Both the position numbers and the translations under genes were made by a program. A stretch of 64,000 bases of DNA from Antedon mediterranea (lineage: Eukaryota; Animalia; Echinodermata), in contig NC_092672.1 of the NCBI RefSeq assembly GCF_964355755.1, positions 21,217,237 through 21,281,236 on the forward strand, in the 5' to 3' direction. Shown here in pieces: positions 51,898 through 64,000 of the stretch. Every line of letters starts with the position of its first letter. The stretch's first letter is position 1. Below the pieces are notes generated by a model. The model did no database searches. It saw only the letters and a program-made list of their open reading frames with translations, and was not told the origin of the DNA.

Positions 51898-52480
51898 TTT
51901 CACACCAAAACTCCGGAGTGTCTCCGGAGACACCCCGGGGTTTATGACCATTCAAAACGTCGAGAAACTCCGGAGATACCCCTTTCACACCAACCTAGCA
52001 ACTCCGGGGTTTATAAAATAAATTTGTAAATGTCGCCCTCTATTTTGTTTGTTTACATAGCGACGATCATTAGAATCATTTTAATTAATAATTATGTTTA
52101 ATTTAATAATTAATTTCAAAAGTCTCAGAAGTAATATAATATTTTATTGATACTACTTATTATTTTCTAGACCCGCTATATATTTTTTACAAATATTTAA
52201 AGTATTTTGAAATAAAACTAAAGCAATGAGTGATCGTGTGAGGATGACCTTTTGACCCGAAACACTCCGGAGTTTGATGTTGGTACCTTTCACACCAAAA
52301 CTCCGGGGTGTCCCCGGAGTTCGCTCTCCGGAGAATGTTCAGCTGTTCAATCCCGCAGTTTTAAACTCCGGAGTTGCTTGATTTTACCTTTCACACCAAA
52401 CAGCGGGACGTCAACTCCGGGGTGTCTCCGGGGTGTCTCCGGAGTGTCTCCGGAGTTTTGCTTTTGGTGTGAAAGGGGTA
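51898..52480. mobile_element. MITE with TTTCACACCAAA / ACTCCGGAG subterminal repeats (copy 2 at ~54296-54867)
   Basis: Multiple TTTCACACCAA and CTCCGGAG motifs; right end TTTTGGTGTGAAAGGGGTA. Confidence 0.55.
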
Positions 52481-52682
52481 TCAGTCTAATTTGGCATTTT
52501 TAGTCATGTGCAAATGAGACTCTATAGCTCACTATGTCGGTCGGTAGGTCGGTCGGTAAACACTAACTCAAATTTGCGCATGTGACTGCAGCCATGTATA
52601 TGGCCTTGTTAATCATCTATTTAAATAATAATAAATACAACATAGTATAAAACTGACTCCAAATAACGAGAGGCAAGCCATG

Positions 52683-52721
52683 ATTCAACGTTTCGATCTT
52701 TATTGTATCATCATCAGGAAT
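52683..52721 (-). ncRNA. Minimal type I hammerhead ribozyme motif (Penelope-like)
   Basis: Minus strand AUUC-CUGAUGA-U-GAU(loop)AUC-GAAAC-GUU-GAAU with palindromic stem III AACGUU. Confidence 0.55.
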
Positions 52722-52989
52722 GATTACAGAATGTAAGCATTATTGTTATTATTATGGAATGTTTTATTAAATAGGTAACAGCAGTGAGCATCAGTGCTTT
52801 GCACGGGTAGTAACAAAGTGCGAGGCAGCGAGGCACGCGAGGCAGGGAAGGCATGCGAGGCAAGTCAGAAATTTATGCGAGGCATCGTTTTACCATCATC
52901 GAAAAATGCGAGGCATCATTTTATCATTTCTCAAAATTGCAAGGCAGGAAATCACCGAAATTGAAGTAGCCTAGGCCTAGGCCCGCTAG

Positions 52990-53830
52990 GCTAGTTTCCT
53001 TTTGCACCTGCCTTGTATTTTAACCAACTTTATCCTGAATACCACAGCTTAGAATTAGTAGGCCTACTTTAATGAAGAAAAATCACATAAAAGTAACAAT
53101 AAATCCATTAAATTGCTAATTTTACAGACGTTGTTTTTCTCGCATTTCGCACACTCAATGTTCAATATTTTGGTTTCTATGGAACGCCAAAAGAGCAAAA
53201 TTAATTAGATGGCTAAAAACTCTGTGGAATCCATTTATATTTAACGCATTATTTGGTGAAAATCAAGTACAATTTCAATAGATTTTGTCACTGTCAGTAA
53301 GGAAAAATGTTACTGTTCACCGGTGTACTGTTGATAATGTACACGGTTTCGGTAACCTTTTAAAGAATAAAATAGAAAAATTCATCATAATATCCTTAGT
53401 AGGATGTCCTAGGTCTAGACTAGGTAGTGATGTTGATTTAGGATCGATTATTATTCTTTGAAAACAGAACAGTATCAGCAGTAACATATTACAGCATTTT
53501 TATTGACAAATTAACAAATATATTGAAATAAAACGTGTTTTTCACCAATAAATGCATGAGAAATTGACGCATTCCACTGAGTTTTAGTCCTCTATTATCG
53601 TTGGTCTTTTGGCGCTCCATAGAAACAAAAATATTGAACATTGAATAAGTGAAATTCGCGAACAGTGTGCGAGAAACACGCCTGTAAAATCATTAATTTA
53701 AGGATTTATTTGTTACTTTTTATGTGATTCTTTCATTAAAGTACTCATGAGGTATACTTCTAAGGTGTGGTATTCACACGATAAAGTTGTTATCAAATTT
53801 GGAGTAAAAATACAAGCGAAGGAAACTAGC
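52990..53830. repeat. Diverged ~280-bp inverted repeat (fold-back MITE)
   Basis: ~52990-53265 mirrors ~53535-53830, e.g. CAATGTTCAATATTTTGGTTTCTATGGAACGCCAAAA vs TTTTGGCGCTCCATAGAAACAAAAATATTGAACATTG. Confidence 0.7.
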
Positions 53831-55036
53831 GCCAGGTTTATTAGTACGTACATGGACAACAATAAATAAAAATCGTTCGTAATATACCTAGCTTACTAAA
53901 ACAGGAATAGTGTATCATTATTAAATATTACACCAATTATTATTATATCAAAATTGATTAAATTATTTTCTACATAGGCCTCTTATCTAGGTTAGGGCTA
54001 AGCATATTAGCTAAAGTTTAATTTTAGGCCTAGTATTACAATTGTCGGACGTAAGTCTTTTTTCACACGCGCTAACAGGTCGTTAAACCTTTTGATCATT
54101 GCCGACTTCTGCTAGTTTTTGCCTGACCATTGACCTTGCAACATACTGAAGAATGTACCTTGTCCTAATCAATCAATTACAAGAGAGCTAATAATATCAC
54201 AGGGATATAGGATTCAAGTCATTAATCACCTGCTTAGTTGATATATCTGATAAGGATTTTGACCAAAAAGTTCTAATGGGGATGTACACCTAATGTTTCA
54301 CACCAAAACTCCGGAGTGTCTCCGGAGACACCCCGAGGTTTATGACCATTCAAAACGTCGAGAAACTCCGGAGATACCCCTTTCACACCAACCTAGCAAC
54401 TCCGGGGTTTATAAAATAAAATTGTAAATGTCACCCTCTATTTTGTTTGTTTACATAGCGACGATCATTAGAATCATTTTAATTAATAATATGTTTAATT
54501 TAATAATTAATTTCAAAAGTCTCAGAAGTAATATAATATTTTATTGATACTACTTATTATTTTCTAGACCCGCTATATATTTTTTACAAATATTTAAAGT
54601 ATTTTGAAATAAAACTAAAGCAATGAGTGATCGTGTGATGATGACCTTTTGACCCGAAACACTCCGGAGTTTAATGTTGGTACCTTTCACACCAAAACTC
54701 CGGGGTGTCCCCGGAGTTCGCTCTCCGGAGAATGTTCAGCTGTTCAATCCCGCAGTTTTAAACTCCGGAGTTGCTTGATTTTACCTTTCACACCAAACAG
54801 CGGGACGTCAACTCCGGGGTGTCTCCGGAGTGTCTCCGGAGTTTTGCTTTTGGTGTGAAAGGGGTATCAGTCTAATTTGGCATTTTTAGTCATGTGCAAA
54901 TGAGACTCTATAGCTCACTATGTCGGTCGGTAGGTCGGTCGGTAAACACTAACTCAAATTTGCGCATGTGCTATTTAAATAATAATAAATACAACATAGT
55001 ATAAAACTGACTCCAAATAACGAGAGGCAAGCCATG

Positions 55037-55075
55037 ATTCAACGTTTCGATCTTTATTTTATCATCATCAGGAAT
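55037..55075 (-). ncRNA. Second copy of the minimal hammerhead motif
   Basis: Duplicate of 52683-52721 with one loop substitution. Confidence 0.55.
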
Positions 55076-55158
55076 GATTACAAAATGTAAGCATTATTGT
55101 TATTATTATGGAATGTTTTATTAAATAGGTAACAGCAGTGAGCATCAGTGCTTTGCAC

Positions 55159-56561
55159 GGGTAGTAACAAAGTGCGAGGCACGCGAGGCAGGGAAGGCAT
55201 GCGAGGCAAGTCAGAAATTTATGCGAGGCATCGTTTTACCATCATCAAAAAATGCGAGGCATCATTTTATCATTTCTCAAAATTGAAAATTGAAATCACC
55301 GAAATTGAAGTAGCCTAGGCCTAGGCCCGCTAGGCTAGTTTCCTTTTGCACCTGCCTTGTATTTTAACCAACTTTATCCTGAATACCACAGCTTAGAATT
55401 AGTAGGCCTACTTTAATGAAGAAAAATCACATAAAAGTAACAATAAATCCATTAAATTGCTAATTTTACAGACGTTGTTTTTCTCGCATTTCGCACACTC
55501 AATGTTCAATATTTTGGTTTCTATGGAACGCCAAAAGAGCAAAATTAATTAGAGGGCTAAAAACTCTGTGGAATATATTTAACGCATTATTTGGTGAAAA
55601 TCAAGTACAATTTCAATAGATTTTGTCACTGTGTATCATTATTAAATATTACACCAATTATTATTATATCAAAATTGATTAAATTATTTTCTACATAGGC
55701 CTCTTATCTAGGTTAGGGCTAATTGCATATTAGCTAAAGTTTAATTTTAGGCCTAGTATTACAATTGTCGGACGTAAGTCTTTTTTCACACGTGCTCCAG
55801 AATTCTGTCGCAATTTTTTTCTTTGCGGCATGTTATTGGATCGCCATATCAGTTACCTTTTATTCACCGCCAGTTATTCAACTTTAGAGAGGTACACGTG
55901 TTGTTCCTAGAGAATAGAATGTCAAAAATGTCTTTGGCACGCCGCTCAGAGAGAGAAGTCTGTGCGTTGCTGCTAAAACCACGTGCTATAGGAGGGGAAT
56001 GCACCACAATCCTCTGAGCTGAGGGCTGAATCATTCCGCTACCTGCTAAATAGTACAGAGGGATTTTCCATCTCTCGGGTCTACCGGATCTAGGCGCAGG
56101 GGTGTGACAAAATATTATTTTCACTCTGCTAGGTTCGAGAGACATGTGAGTGAACACGCTCGAAATGCCAACAAACATTGCAGTCATTTGATGAGTGTGT
56201 TGCTATAACAATTATTGTTTATCGAAAGTTGAAGATTGGCGTTCAGATTTTTGAACCGTAGTTTGGGCACTTTTGTAAAAGTAAAATTTGACACGATATG
56301 ACTTGAATGAAAAAACAATCGTTACATAAAAATAAACAACATGATGAGTGTATACACGAATCTATTTAGATACGCTTGTATCGATTGATTATTAGGCCTA
56401 TAATATAGCATAATAGCACGTTAAGATATGCCTCGCACCTTTTTGAAATTGTAAACTATATGTCTCGCATGCCTCGCACTTTTGGAAATGATAAAATGAT
56501 GCCTCGCACAAATATGTGGCATGCCTCGCGTGCCTCGCTGCCTTGCACTTTGTCAACACTC
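55159..56561. mobile_element. Mutator/MULE-like non-autonomous element; left end also duplicated at 52805
   Basis: Imperfect long TIRs with TGCGAGGCA repeats; 9-bp TSD GCTTTGCAC (55150-55158, 56562-56570; also 52796-52804). Confidence 0.75.
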
Positions 56562-56919
56562 GCTTTGCACAGTCTGTAGTATAATTAAAATGATTCCATC
56601 TTCTATCATTGTTATATTTATTCATCTTCTTCTTCATTATAAGACAATAACAAACAAACTCGTTTAAATATAAATCTACCCACTATAATGTTGGTGTTGC
56701 TACAGTTTTTCATATTTTAGAACAATGACAGATTATCAATGCTTACTTTATAGCATTCATTCAAGTATAAGCAATAATGTCAACAGTATACTATTTGAAG
56801 ATCACAATATAAAGAGATCAACTTTATTATTATGATTTTGTAAAGTTTAATATTTGTTAACAGACTGTTCTTTATTTATCCACAAAATAGCAAAGATTAA
56901 AAATAAACTTGTTTATACA

Positions 56920-59420
56920 TTTTGTCATGTTTAAACATTTCCATTGAACTCTTTATAAAACAATGAAAACTACAGCAACATACTATTGAAATATAATCCT
57001 TATTCCAAAGTGTAGATATACAGTAATTAAGTCGGAATTATGTACACTTCTATTACACAAAATTTCAAATTTTTTTAGTTCATTTTCACAAAACTGTTCA
57101 ATAACTTTTGAAACACTATGATTCTACCTATATATCACATAGAGGTACAAATGATCAAAGATGCTAGTTGATAGACATATAGACTGTATTCATTTATTTT
57201 ATAATTATCATCATACTCATTTGCCATACTCTCCTTAATTCCTTTCAACAACATCACCACCAACAACAACCACCTCCTGGTTATAGTCACCACCACCAAT
57301 CCCAAGAATGATAATGCAGAATTTGGTTGAGAGCTAAAGTGATCTGTTAATACACACCATAATTATAGTTCTTTGTTATTAGGTTGTAATTATTTTTTCC
57401 ATATAAAATATAAGATACAGATAGTATATCTGCCACATTTATTCTTTATACTCAGGATTAACAAACATAACTAAAACTGAAATAGCGAAACAAATATAAT
57501 TTTGTAAGTTATTTACCGTAGCTAGTTTTTAACAAATCACCTTACATAATAATTACAGTATCAAACCACCATTACAATGTCATACAAAATGTAAAAATAA
57601 ACAAATCATCATTAGCATAACTAGGTGATGATTTGAAATATTTTTATTCTATTCAAAAAGATGTTTATTTCTTAACATTTATTTAAATATACATACACAC
57701 ATAGTAAATTATAGTAAACAAAAAATAAAGGGAAATTGTTTAACACTATTAACAACCTACATTAGAGGTGAAAAACAACAAAGAAAAACAAGAAAGTTGA
57801 ACTAGACTTAAATGTTATACACAACTGTAACAAGTTCAGAGTGTATCCAACTTTTAACATTATGACATATTTTAGACCACTGACAATGGTGATCACCAGT
57901 GCTTTGCAAAGTCTGCAGTTGCACTTTAATCATGTTTTATTCATTCATATTTATCTCCATCATCCAACTTTATCAAACAAAACTTTTTTGAGGATAAACA
58001 TACAGTAGCTATATGTAAGGTTCAACTTTTATAATTTTAAGTTTAACATTTTCTAACATTAATGTTAAAAGATTACTTTTACAAGAACTTATATAGACAA
58101 ATTTCAAATTTCAGTACAAGCTAATTAACAAAAATATATATAAGTTTTTGTAGCATAACTATATATTTTAATCAATGGATGTAAAAGACTTTGCATTATA
58201 TAAACGTATTACAATTGTTTATAAACTCTTCATTGTTGTAGATTCTATTTCAATACTACCTTTTTTAAACTAATATTTACCTTGGTTCATCCTTGTTTCA
58301 GTTGGATATGGTCCTATCTTTTCAATTTACATTCATGTTCACAGAGTAAATTAGGATTTATCTATTAAGATTAAATTCAATAAAACTATATTCCATAACA
58401 ATTTTCCTATGAATAAATAGATGGAATTATTCTTATTTATTGATTTGATTCAAACCAATTTCATACACATTTACACATCCAGCAATATTCTGTTCATTTT
58501 ACTACTATTATACAATTCATTTATTAGCTTTGTTATGGGTTTAACAAGCTAAATTCTGTCTGTCATATAATATAATAGTCAAAGGCAAAAAATGTCTTAA
58601 TAGGCAAACAATTTCTATTGATCATACATCCTAATAATCCATAATTGTTTTTTATAATATCACAGAATAATTTGGATTTTTATTTTGCTACAGTAAAGTT
58701 CAAATTACACAGTAAAATCTCTATTCTTTTGTACATAAACTTTGAGGCACTTTAAAAACAAATTGGAAAATTAGACGGTGTTGTAAAAAATATTATCAGA
58801 TGAAAATAATATAGGTAATATAATGTTACGTTTCTGGTGTTTTCCTTTATTGATTTGATTCAGACCATTTTCATACACATTTAGCAATATTTTTTTCATT
58901 TTTTAACTAATAATATGCATAGAAAATGTTTATTTTACTACTACATCTCATTAACTGATTCATTTATTAACTTTTTTATGGCTTTAACAAGCTGAATTCT
59001 GTCATGGGACCAATATAATAGTCTTATAATAGACAATAAATTTCTATTGATCGTACATTCTAATAATTATTGATGTTTCATAATTTTTTTAATTTTATTT
59101 TGCTACAATAAAGGAGAAATAAACGGTGTGGTAAAAAATATTATCAGATGACTAAATATATTTAATATATACGTTTATGTTTCCGGTGTTTTTATGCAAT
59201 TTCAAATTTTTATTTTTGTGCTATAGTTTAATAGTAAACTAAATTTATCTTCCCATTTCCACCCTTTAAGACAGAATAGTCCAACTTCCCTTTCCTTGTA
59301 GTAGAGCACCGTATCAAGAATGTTAAATAACAGACAAGAGACGTAAAATTGCTTGTCTACATACACTTTATTCACAGTACACATATGGCTGAATGCATAT
59401 AACAACATTACTATAAGCCC
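56920..59420. repeat. Paralogous segment of 23690-24600 + 26064-26111 + 38764-38960 + 39710-40480 and of 1-930, lacking the insertions
   Basis: Colinear shared text; GAACTAGACTTAAATGTT..GTAACAAGTTCAGAGTGTATCCAAC is contiguous at ~57800-57850. Confidence 0.85.
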
Positions 59421-60033
59421 AACAACTGGGAAACCTTTAACATGTGGCTTACCTTTCATCGGTCATGCTTTTTAACAACCTACCTTAAACCCCTGCGTTA
59501 GCGGCTAAGGTAACACCAACCCAGCGAATGCTATGCAGTTCAAATATACTCATTGTACCCACAGCATAAAATATCCTTAAACAGCACAGCAGCGTGAATA
59601 GGACATCTTTCTAGCATGTGGCTACTAGTTGATTTCACTGACTAAATAGTGCTAATGTGGTTCCATGCCTTCTACTCTCTATATCAGCATGTACTGTATA
59701 AAGGCCCAGGTATCTGTGTCCAACAATAATGCCCAACCACCAATAGTTCTTGATAGTTCAAACACTGAATTATTTAATATTTTAAATAAACTAAAATTTA
59801 CACTATGTAGTATTTTTTAAAAAAAATAATAAAATATGCACTAAAGGTTGATTTTCCTTTTGCCCAAACCTTGTATTATTTTAGGTAAATACAGAATTTC
59901 ATTTACAGTATTGTGGTACAAAACTATGGAACAATCAAGTCCTTCTGTTTCTGAATTATTTCTTGTAGATGTTAAATCTTTGATTAGTTTTACACCTTTT
60001 CACCTTCTGTCAATTATTTAAGAATTACTAACA

Positions 60034-61490
60034 CTAGATGATGGTACGCTCGCTTCGCTCGCGTACCATCTAGGTCGTGCCCACAGATGGTTCTCGAATA
60101 CATAATAATGTCAGCGTTAAAAAAACTGGCGATTTCAAATGTACGTACCGCAGGACAATAATACATGTCGTTTACAGGAACGAATAAATAGACACTGTGA
60201 TTTATGTACTGTAAAATTAGTACCCTGGGAATTACTTCCGAAAGAGAAACTTGTCACAAAATGAGACCAATTGTTTAAGTCAAATTTAAACAAACTTAAA
60301 TTGTGTTTTGTATGTAACATTTGGGTTGAGGGATGGGGAAGAGGATGGGTGCAAAGAGGAACAATTTTTAAATATATTCTTTACCCATTTATTAACGAAA
60401 TATTAATTGTTTTCATGTTTTACAAATAATATACCACTAAACACACAGTAAAACATTGCGATGTAATACTTTGTTGAAACTATCACCGTCCTAGTCGATT
60501 GAAATAGTACAGTACATGTAACGATACATCACTACGACGTATATATGTTTATATAATGTAAAACAATTTGTGAAAACCACCTCTATTCGGGGAAAATCAT
60601 ATAATTCGATTTAATCGTCAATAAATATTAAATTATCTAACTCAACTTAATTAGTAGGCCTAATGGTTTTACATTGTTTCTTAGAGCAAATTCTAAGTTG
60701 GTTCCTACCCTACCCACCCCCTACCCACCAAAGTTGTTCTGCGTTTAGGGCATGTGATGTACCGTAGGCCTATCCTCTACTGGTTTTACAACGCTACTCA
60801 TGCCAGTGAGGGAAGGGTGATGATATGGGTGGTTTAACTGCAATAATAAAGATGTGTAATATACGGCGAGTGAAAACGCTAGCTCATTATCTGTTTAAAA
60901 AAAATTTATATCCAACCTCTGCAGCACAGATTGAAAAAAAAAATGGATCGAATTTCTGTTATGAGTATACAGTACCTGTACTTGCCTTTACGACGCCTGA
61001 GGGAATAGACACTTGTGGAACAGAGATTGGAATGTTCCATTCATCGCAAATCAATACATTTGTATAAACGTATATTAAATCTATCAAAATAGTATTTTTT
61101 AAAGAAAATCGGCCTTTCTTCAACATTATGATGCTATACTCGAACTGTTCAACCGGTTTTCAGCCATTAAAAACAATTATCGTAGGAGGAGATAGGAAAA
61201 TGCGAAGCATCCTCGTATTATTGTCTGCAGGTATTTTTCAAGACGGACATCCATTAGACAGTGTATACCACGATCGAAAACACCCCTATTTGGGGCAAAT
61301 CGTTGAACCTAAATTCGTTTTAATCGTCAATAACTAATTATCGAACTCAATTTAATTAGTAAACAGGGTTACATCAGGTGGTTAAAATCAGTACCGAAAG
61401 TACGAACCAACTTTATATACCATCGAGTAAACATTCTAGAAATAACGCGCGATTTACCAAATTTTGCCCTTACGTAAATGTATATATAGA
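60034..61490 (-). mobile_element. Non-autonomous Helitron
   Basis: Minus strand A|TCTATATATAC... 5' end; 3' hairpin GATGGTACGC..GCGTACCATC then CTAG|T; A^T target, no TSD. Confidence 0.75.
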
Positions 61491-61499
61491 TTCAGTACA

Positions 61500-62460
61500 A
61501 ACAAACATACAAACATTATAAACAAGGTACGGCATCATTCAATAAAACAGAACAAAAGTACTATCAGCACCTGCGGGTAACCAAAAGCGGATCAGTTCAA
61601 AAGAACTACACTGTCGAGTGGCTTTCCCAACTAATAGTACGAAAAACGCAATAGACATAAAAACACAGAGATAGTCTAGATAAATTCGATATCATTATCA
61701 GTAATACATTTTTTCAAATCCCTTCTAAATCCCCCAAAGTTAAACAGGACTTTGTTACGAACTTCATGCGGGATACATTCCCATATTTGAGGGAAATTAA
61801 CAAACAGGGAGTATTTAAATGCATTAGTTCTAGCATACATGTGTTTAAAGGTGAGGGACTCTGGATACCGAGAATTAATTGTAAGGTATTCAAATATATC
61901 AAAATAAATTAACTTATGCAAACACTTAACTACAAAAATTATACTATGAATGAAATTTCATTCTTTGAACCATATCTGGTAAATTTATTGTCTTAAGCCT
62001 GTCAGTGAAATCGCCTTCAACACACAATTTAGTAACCCGTCTTAATGACTTGTTAATAGCTATATTATGTTGTTTTTGATGTGGATCCCACACAGGAGCA
62101 CCATATTCAATAACAGGTCGACATAGTGCATTAAAAAATCGTAGTAAAATTTCGGTGTCATTGAAACCTACAGACCGTTTGATAAACCCAAGCATTCTCA
62201 TAGATTTCATCGATACATCATGAACGTGAGCAGACCATGTTAAATCACGTGAGAAGTTAATACCAAGATATTTATGTGAATTAACAGCTTCAAGGGGATT
62301 GGATTCGATTGTATAAATAAAATGAGGGATATAATTACGTTTCCTAGTTATGTGCATGACTTTACACTTCTTTGCATTTAATTTCATTTTATTATCCTCG
62401 CACCATTTGGAAATTTTACAAAGATCCTGTTGTAAGGTAAGTGCATCATGACGACTGAAT
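61500..62460 (-). pseudogene. CR1/L2-clade LINE ORF2 C-terminal region and 3' UTR
   Basis: LQQDLCKISKWCEDNKMKLNAKKCKVMH, KYLGINFSRDLTWSAHV, RPVIEYGAPVWDPH. Confidence 0.88.
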
Positions 62461-63656
62461 CAGTGGTGGCGCCAGGATTTCCCCGACGGGGGTGCCGAAT
62501 TCCCCGACGGAGGGCCGAATTCCCCCACGGGGGCCATACGCGCGAAAGCGGGGGTGGGTTTGGGAGGGGGTATTCCCTCTCCCGAGCCTCAGAAAATTTT
62601 AAAAAAATAGATGCTTACACACTGTTTAATAGGCTAGAGCAACTGTTTCCATTACATTTAATAACAATGTCACATAATAATGTAAATTTAAATAAATCCT
62701 ACCTAAATACTCTAATACGGATCTTTTTTAACGAACTAATAATAAACTTTGATCGAAAAACACTTCAAACGAAATGAACATTTGGTAATGCGGGACTCCG
62801 AAAATGCCTCGATAGTGCATGTATTTAGTGTACGACTGTGCTTTGGTTTTTCTGTTAACCTCAGATATATACCCTATAGCCGGGTGAATAACTCAATGTA
62901 ATTTAGTATACAATGATGATTGCCGTAATCGCCGTGTCTATAACACAAATCAATAAAATGCCAAATACGCCACACACGTTTTTTCGGCCGTGTACATAGA
63001 ACAAGACATTTCATGTTTATGTTATGCCTATGAAATAATAATAAAAGAACATCATGTTTATCGTTTTTTTTATCGTTTATACTGCATACCATTATATAAA
63101 AAACCTTCATACGCGAGAAAAAAGTTCACGATATTACACTCTACTTTGTTCAGGGGTGTAAATATAGGTCCACGCTAATGCTTGCACACGGACCAGGGCG
63201 GAAAATGGTGTATTTTTGGAAAGTGATGACGTCCGCATTCACAAGAGGAGCGAGCTAAGACAACGTGATGCTGGTAGTGGGAGTGCATGTGTTTTGAAAA
63301 TAACTCAGTTGTGGGTATTTTCCGAAGATTTTAAATCGCTTTTTCTTTTTAAACTCTTGAATTCATAAATAGTAATTAAACTCTTAGCTCTTTCAATATG
63401 TAGGCCTATTTACACAACTATAACTCTAGCCTACTCTTCTTAATTAAAAGAGTCAAGTGCGTCGAATCCGCGTCTAGCGACGGTCGCGAGTTTGGTGCAT
63501 CTTTTTTTCCCTTTAGAATTAAGGGAGGTGGCTAGCCACCCTATTCACCCCCTACCCTAGATCGAGATTTATGCGCGAAAAGAAACGTGACCAGACCCTG
63601 TTTTATGGTTCGGCCAACCGCTTCCTTTTCCCAATCGAACCCCCACCCAAACCCCT
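62461..63656. mobile_element. Unclassified insertion interrupting the LINE RT
   Basis: Begins CAGTGGTGGCGCCAGG with GC-rich CCCCGACGG repeats; separates two colinear LINE RT fragments; no matching right TIR seen. Confidence 0.45.
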
Positions 63657-64000
63657 TTAATCGACAGCGAACATATACGCGGTACACCAAGGGTTATTGG
63701 AAATTGAAACAATTCGTAAACTCAACCGTGAGAACATAACCAGCTTTCCCCGTTGGAATCTGTCACTGAGAAAGGAGTGAAGACACTTTAGGAGAGATCC
63801 ACATACTCCCATGTTGTGCAGTTTCTTGATTACTAAATCATGGGGAACACGGTCAAAGTCCTTCTCCCAATCAAGGAATATTGCATCAATTACAGGAGGT
63901 TGTCTAACATCCATTGTTTGTGACCAATCATGATATAACGCTGAGGCCTGTGTAATACACGATCTACCTGGATAAAACCCGTGTTGCGTGGGACTGATGA
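63657..64000 (-). pseudogene. LINE reverse transcriptase fragment (continues beyond window)
   Basis: QHGF.PGRSC, IDAIFLDWEKDFDRVPH..KKL..GV.GSLL...SFLSDRFQR, MFAVD (FADD-like) after an internal deletion. Confidence 0.85.

Larger units (their letters stand above)
51678..55791. repeat. Recent tandem duplication (period 2,398 bp); second copy 54076-55791 lacks ~53293-53910
   Basis: CAGGTCGTTAAACCTTTTGATC starts at 51678 and 54076; sequences nearly identical. Confidence 0.92.

Noticed and set aside
55864-56187. 107-aa ORF inside the MULE-like element
   Set aside because: No recognisable transposase or other motif; cannot support a call

Overview
AT-rich animal genomic DNA with no bacterial-style operons. 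It is dominated by mobile elements inside or around a host ankyrin-repeat gene, of which two 99-bp exons are visible. The centrepiece is a 12,646-bp near-perfect palindrome (26112-38757) made of two 6,308-bp arms and a 30-bp spacer. It starts AGTAGT, ends ACTACT and is flanked by a 6-bp target-site duplication (AAACAT); an apparent empty site lies in a paralogous segment at ~57800. Each arm carries decayed Polinton/Maverick core-gene fragments (integrase N-terminus joined to pPolB C-terminus, packaging ATPase N-terminus). Each arm also carries two apparently intact cargo genes: a Bcl-2-family gene with a predicted intron at the conserved BH2 position and a tail-anchor exon, and an orphan ~230-aa acidic protein. 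I interpret it as a fold-back (snap-back/hairpin) non-autonomous Polinton derivative. Also present: a full-length but multiply disabled Ty3/Gypsy element with near-identical LTRs; Kolobok-, Harbinger-, P- and MULE-like non-autonomous elements; nested Helentron-like elements; a Helitron; DIRS and CR1/L2 remnants; a 2.4-kb tandem duplication carrying paired minimal hammerhead motifs; and local segmental paralogy. All family assignments come from visual motif recognition, not database searches.
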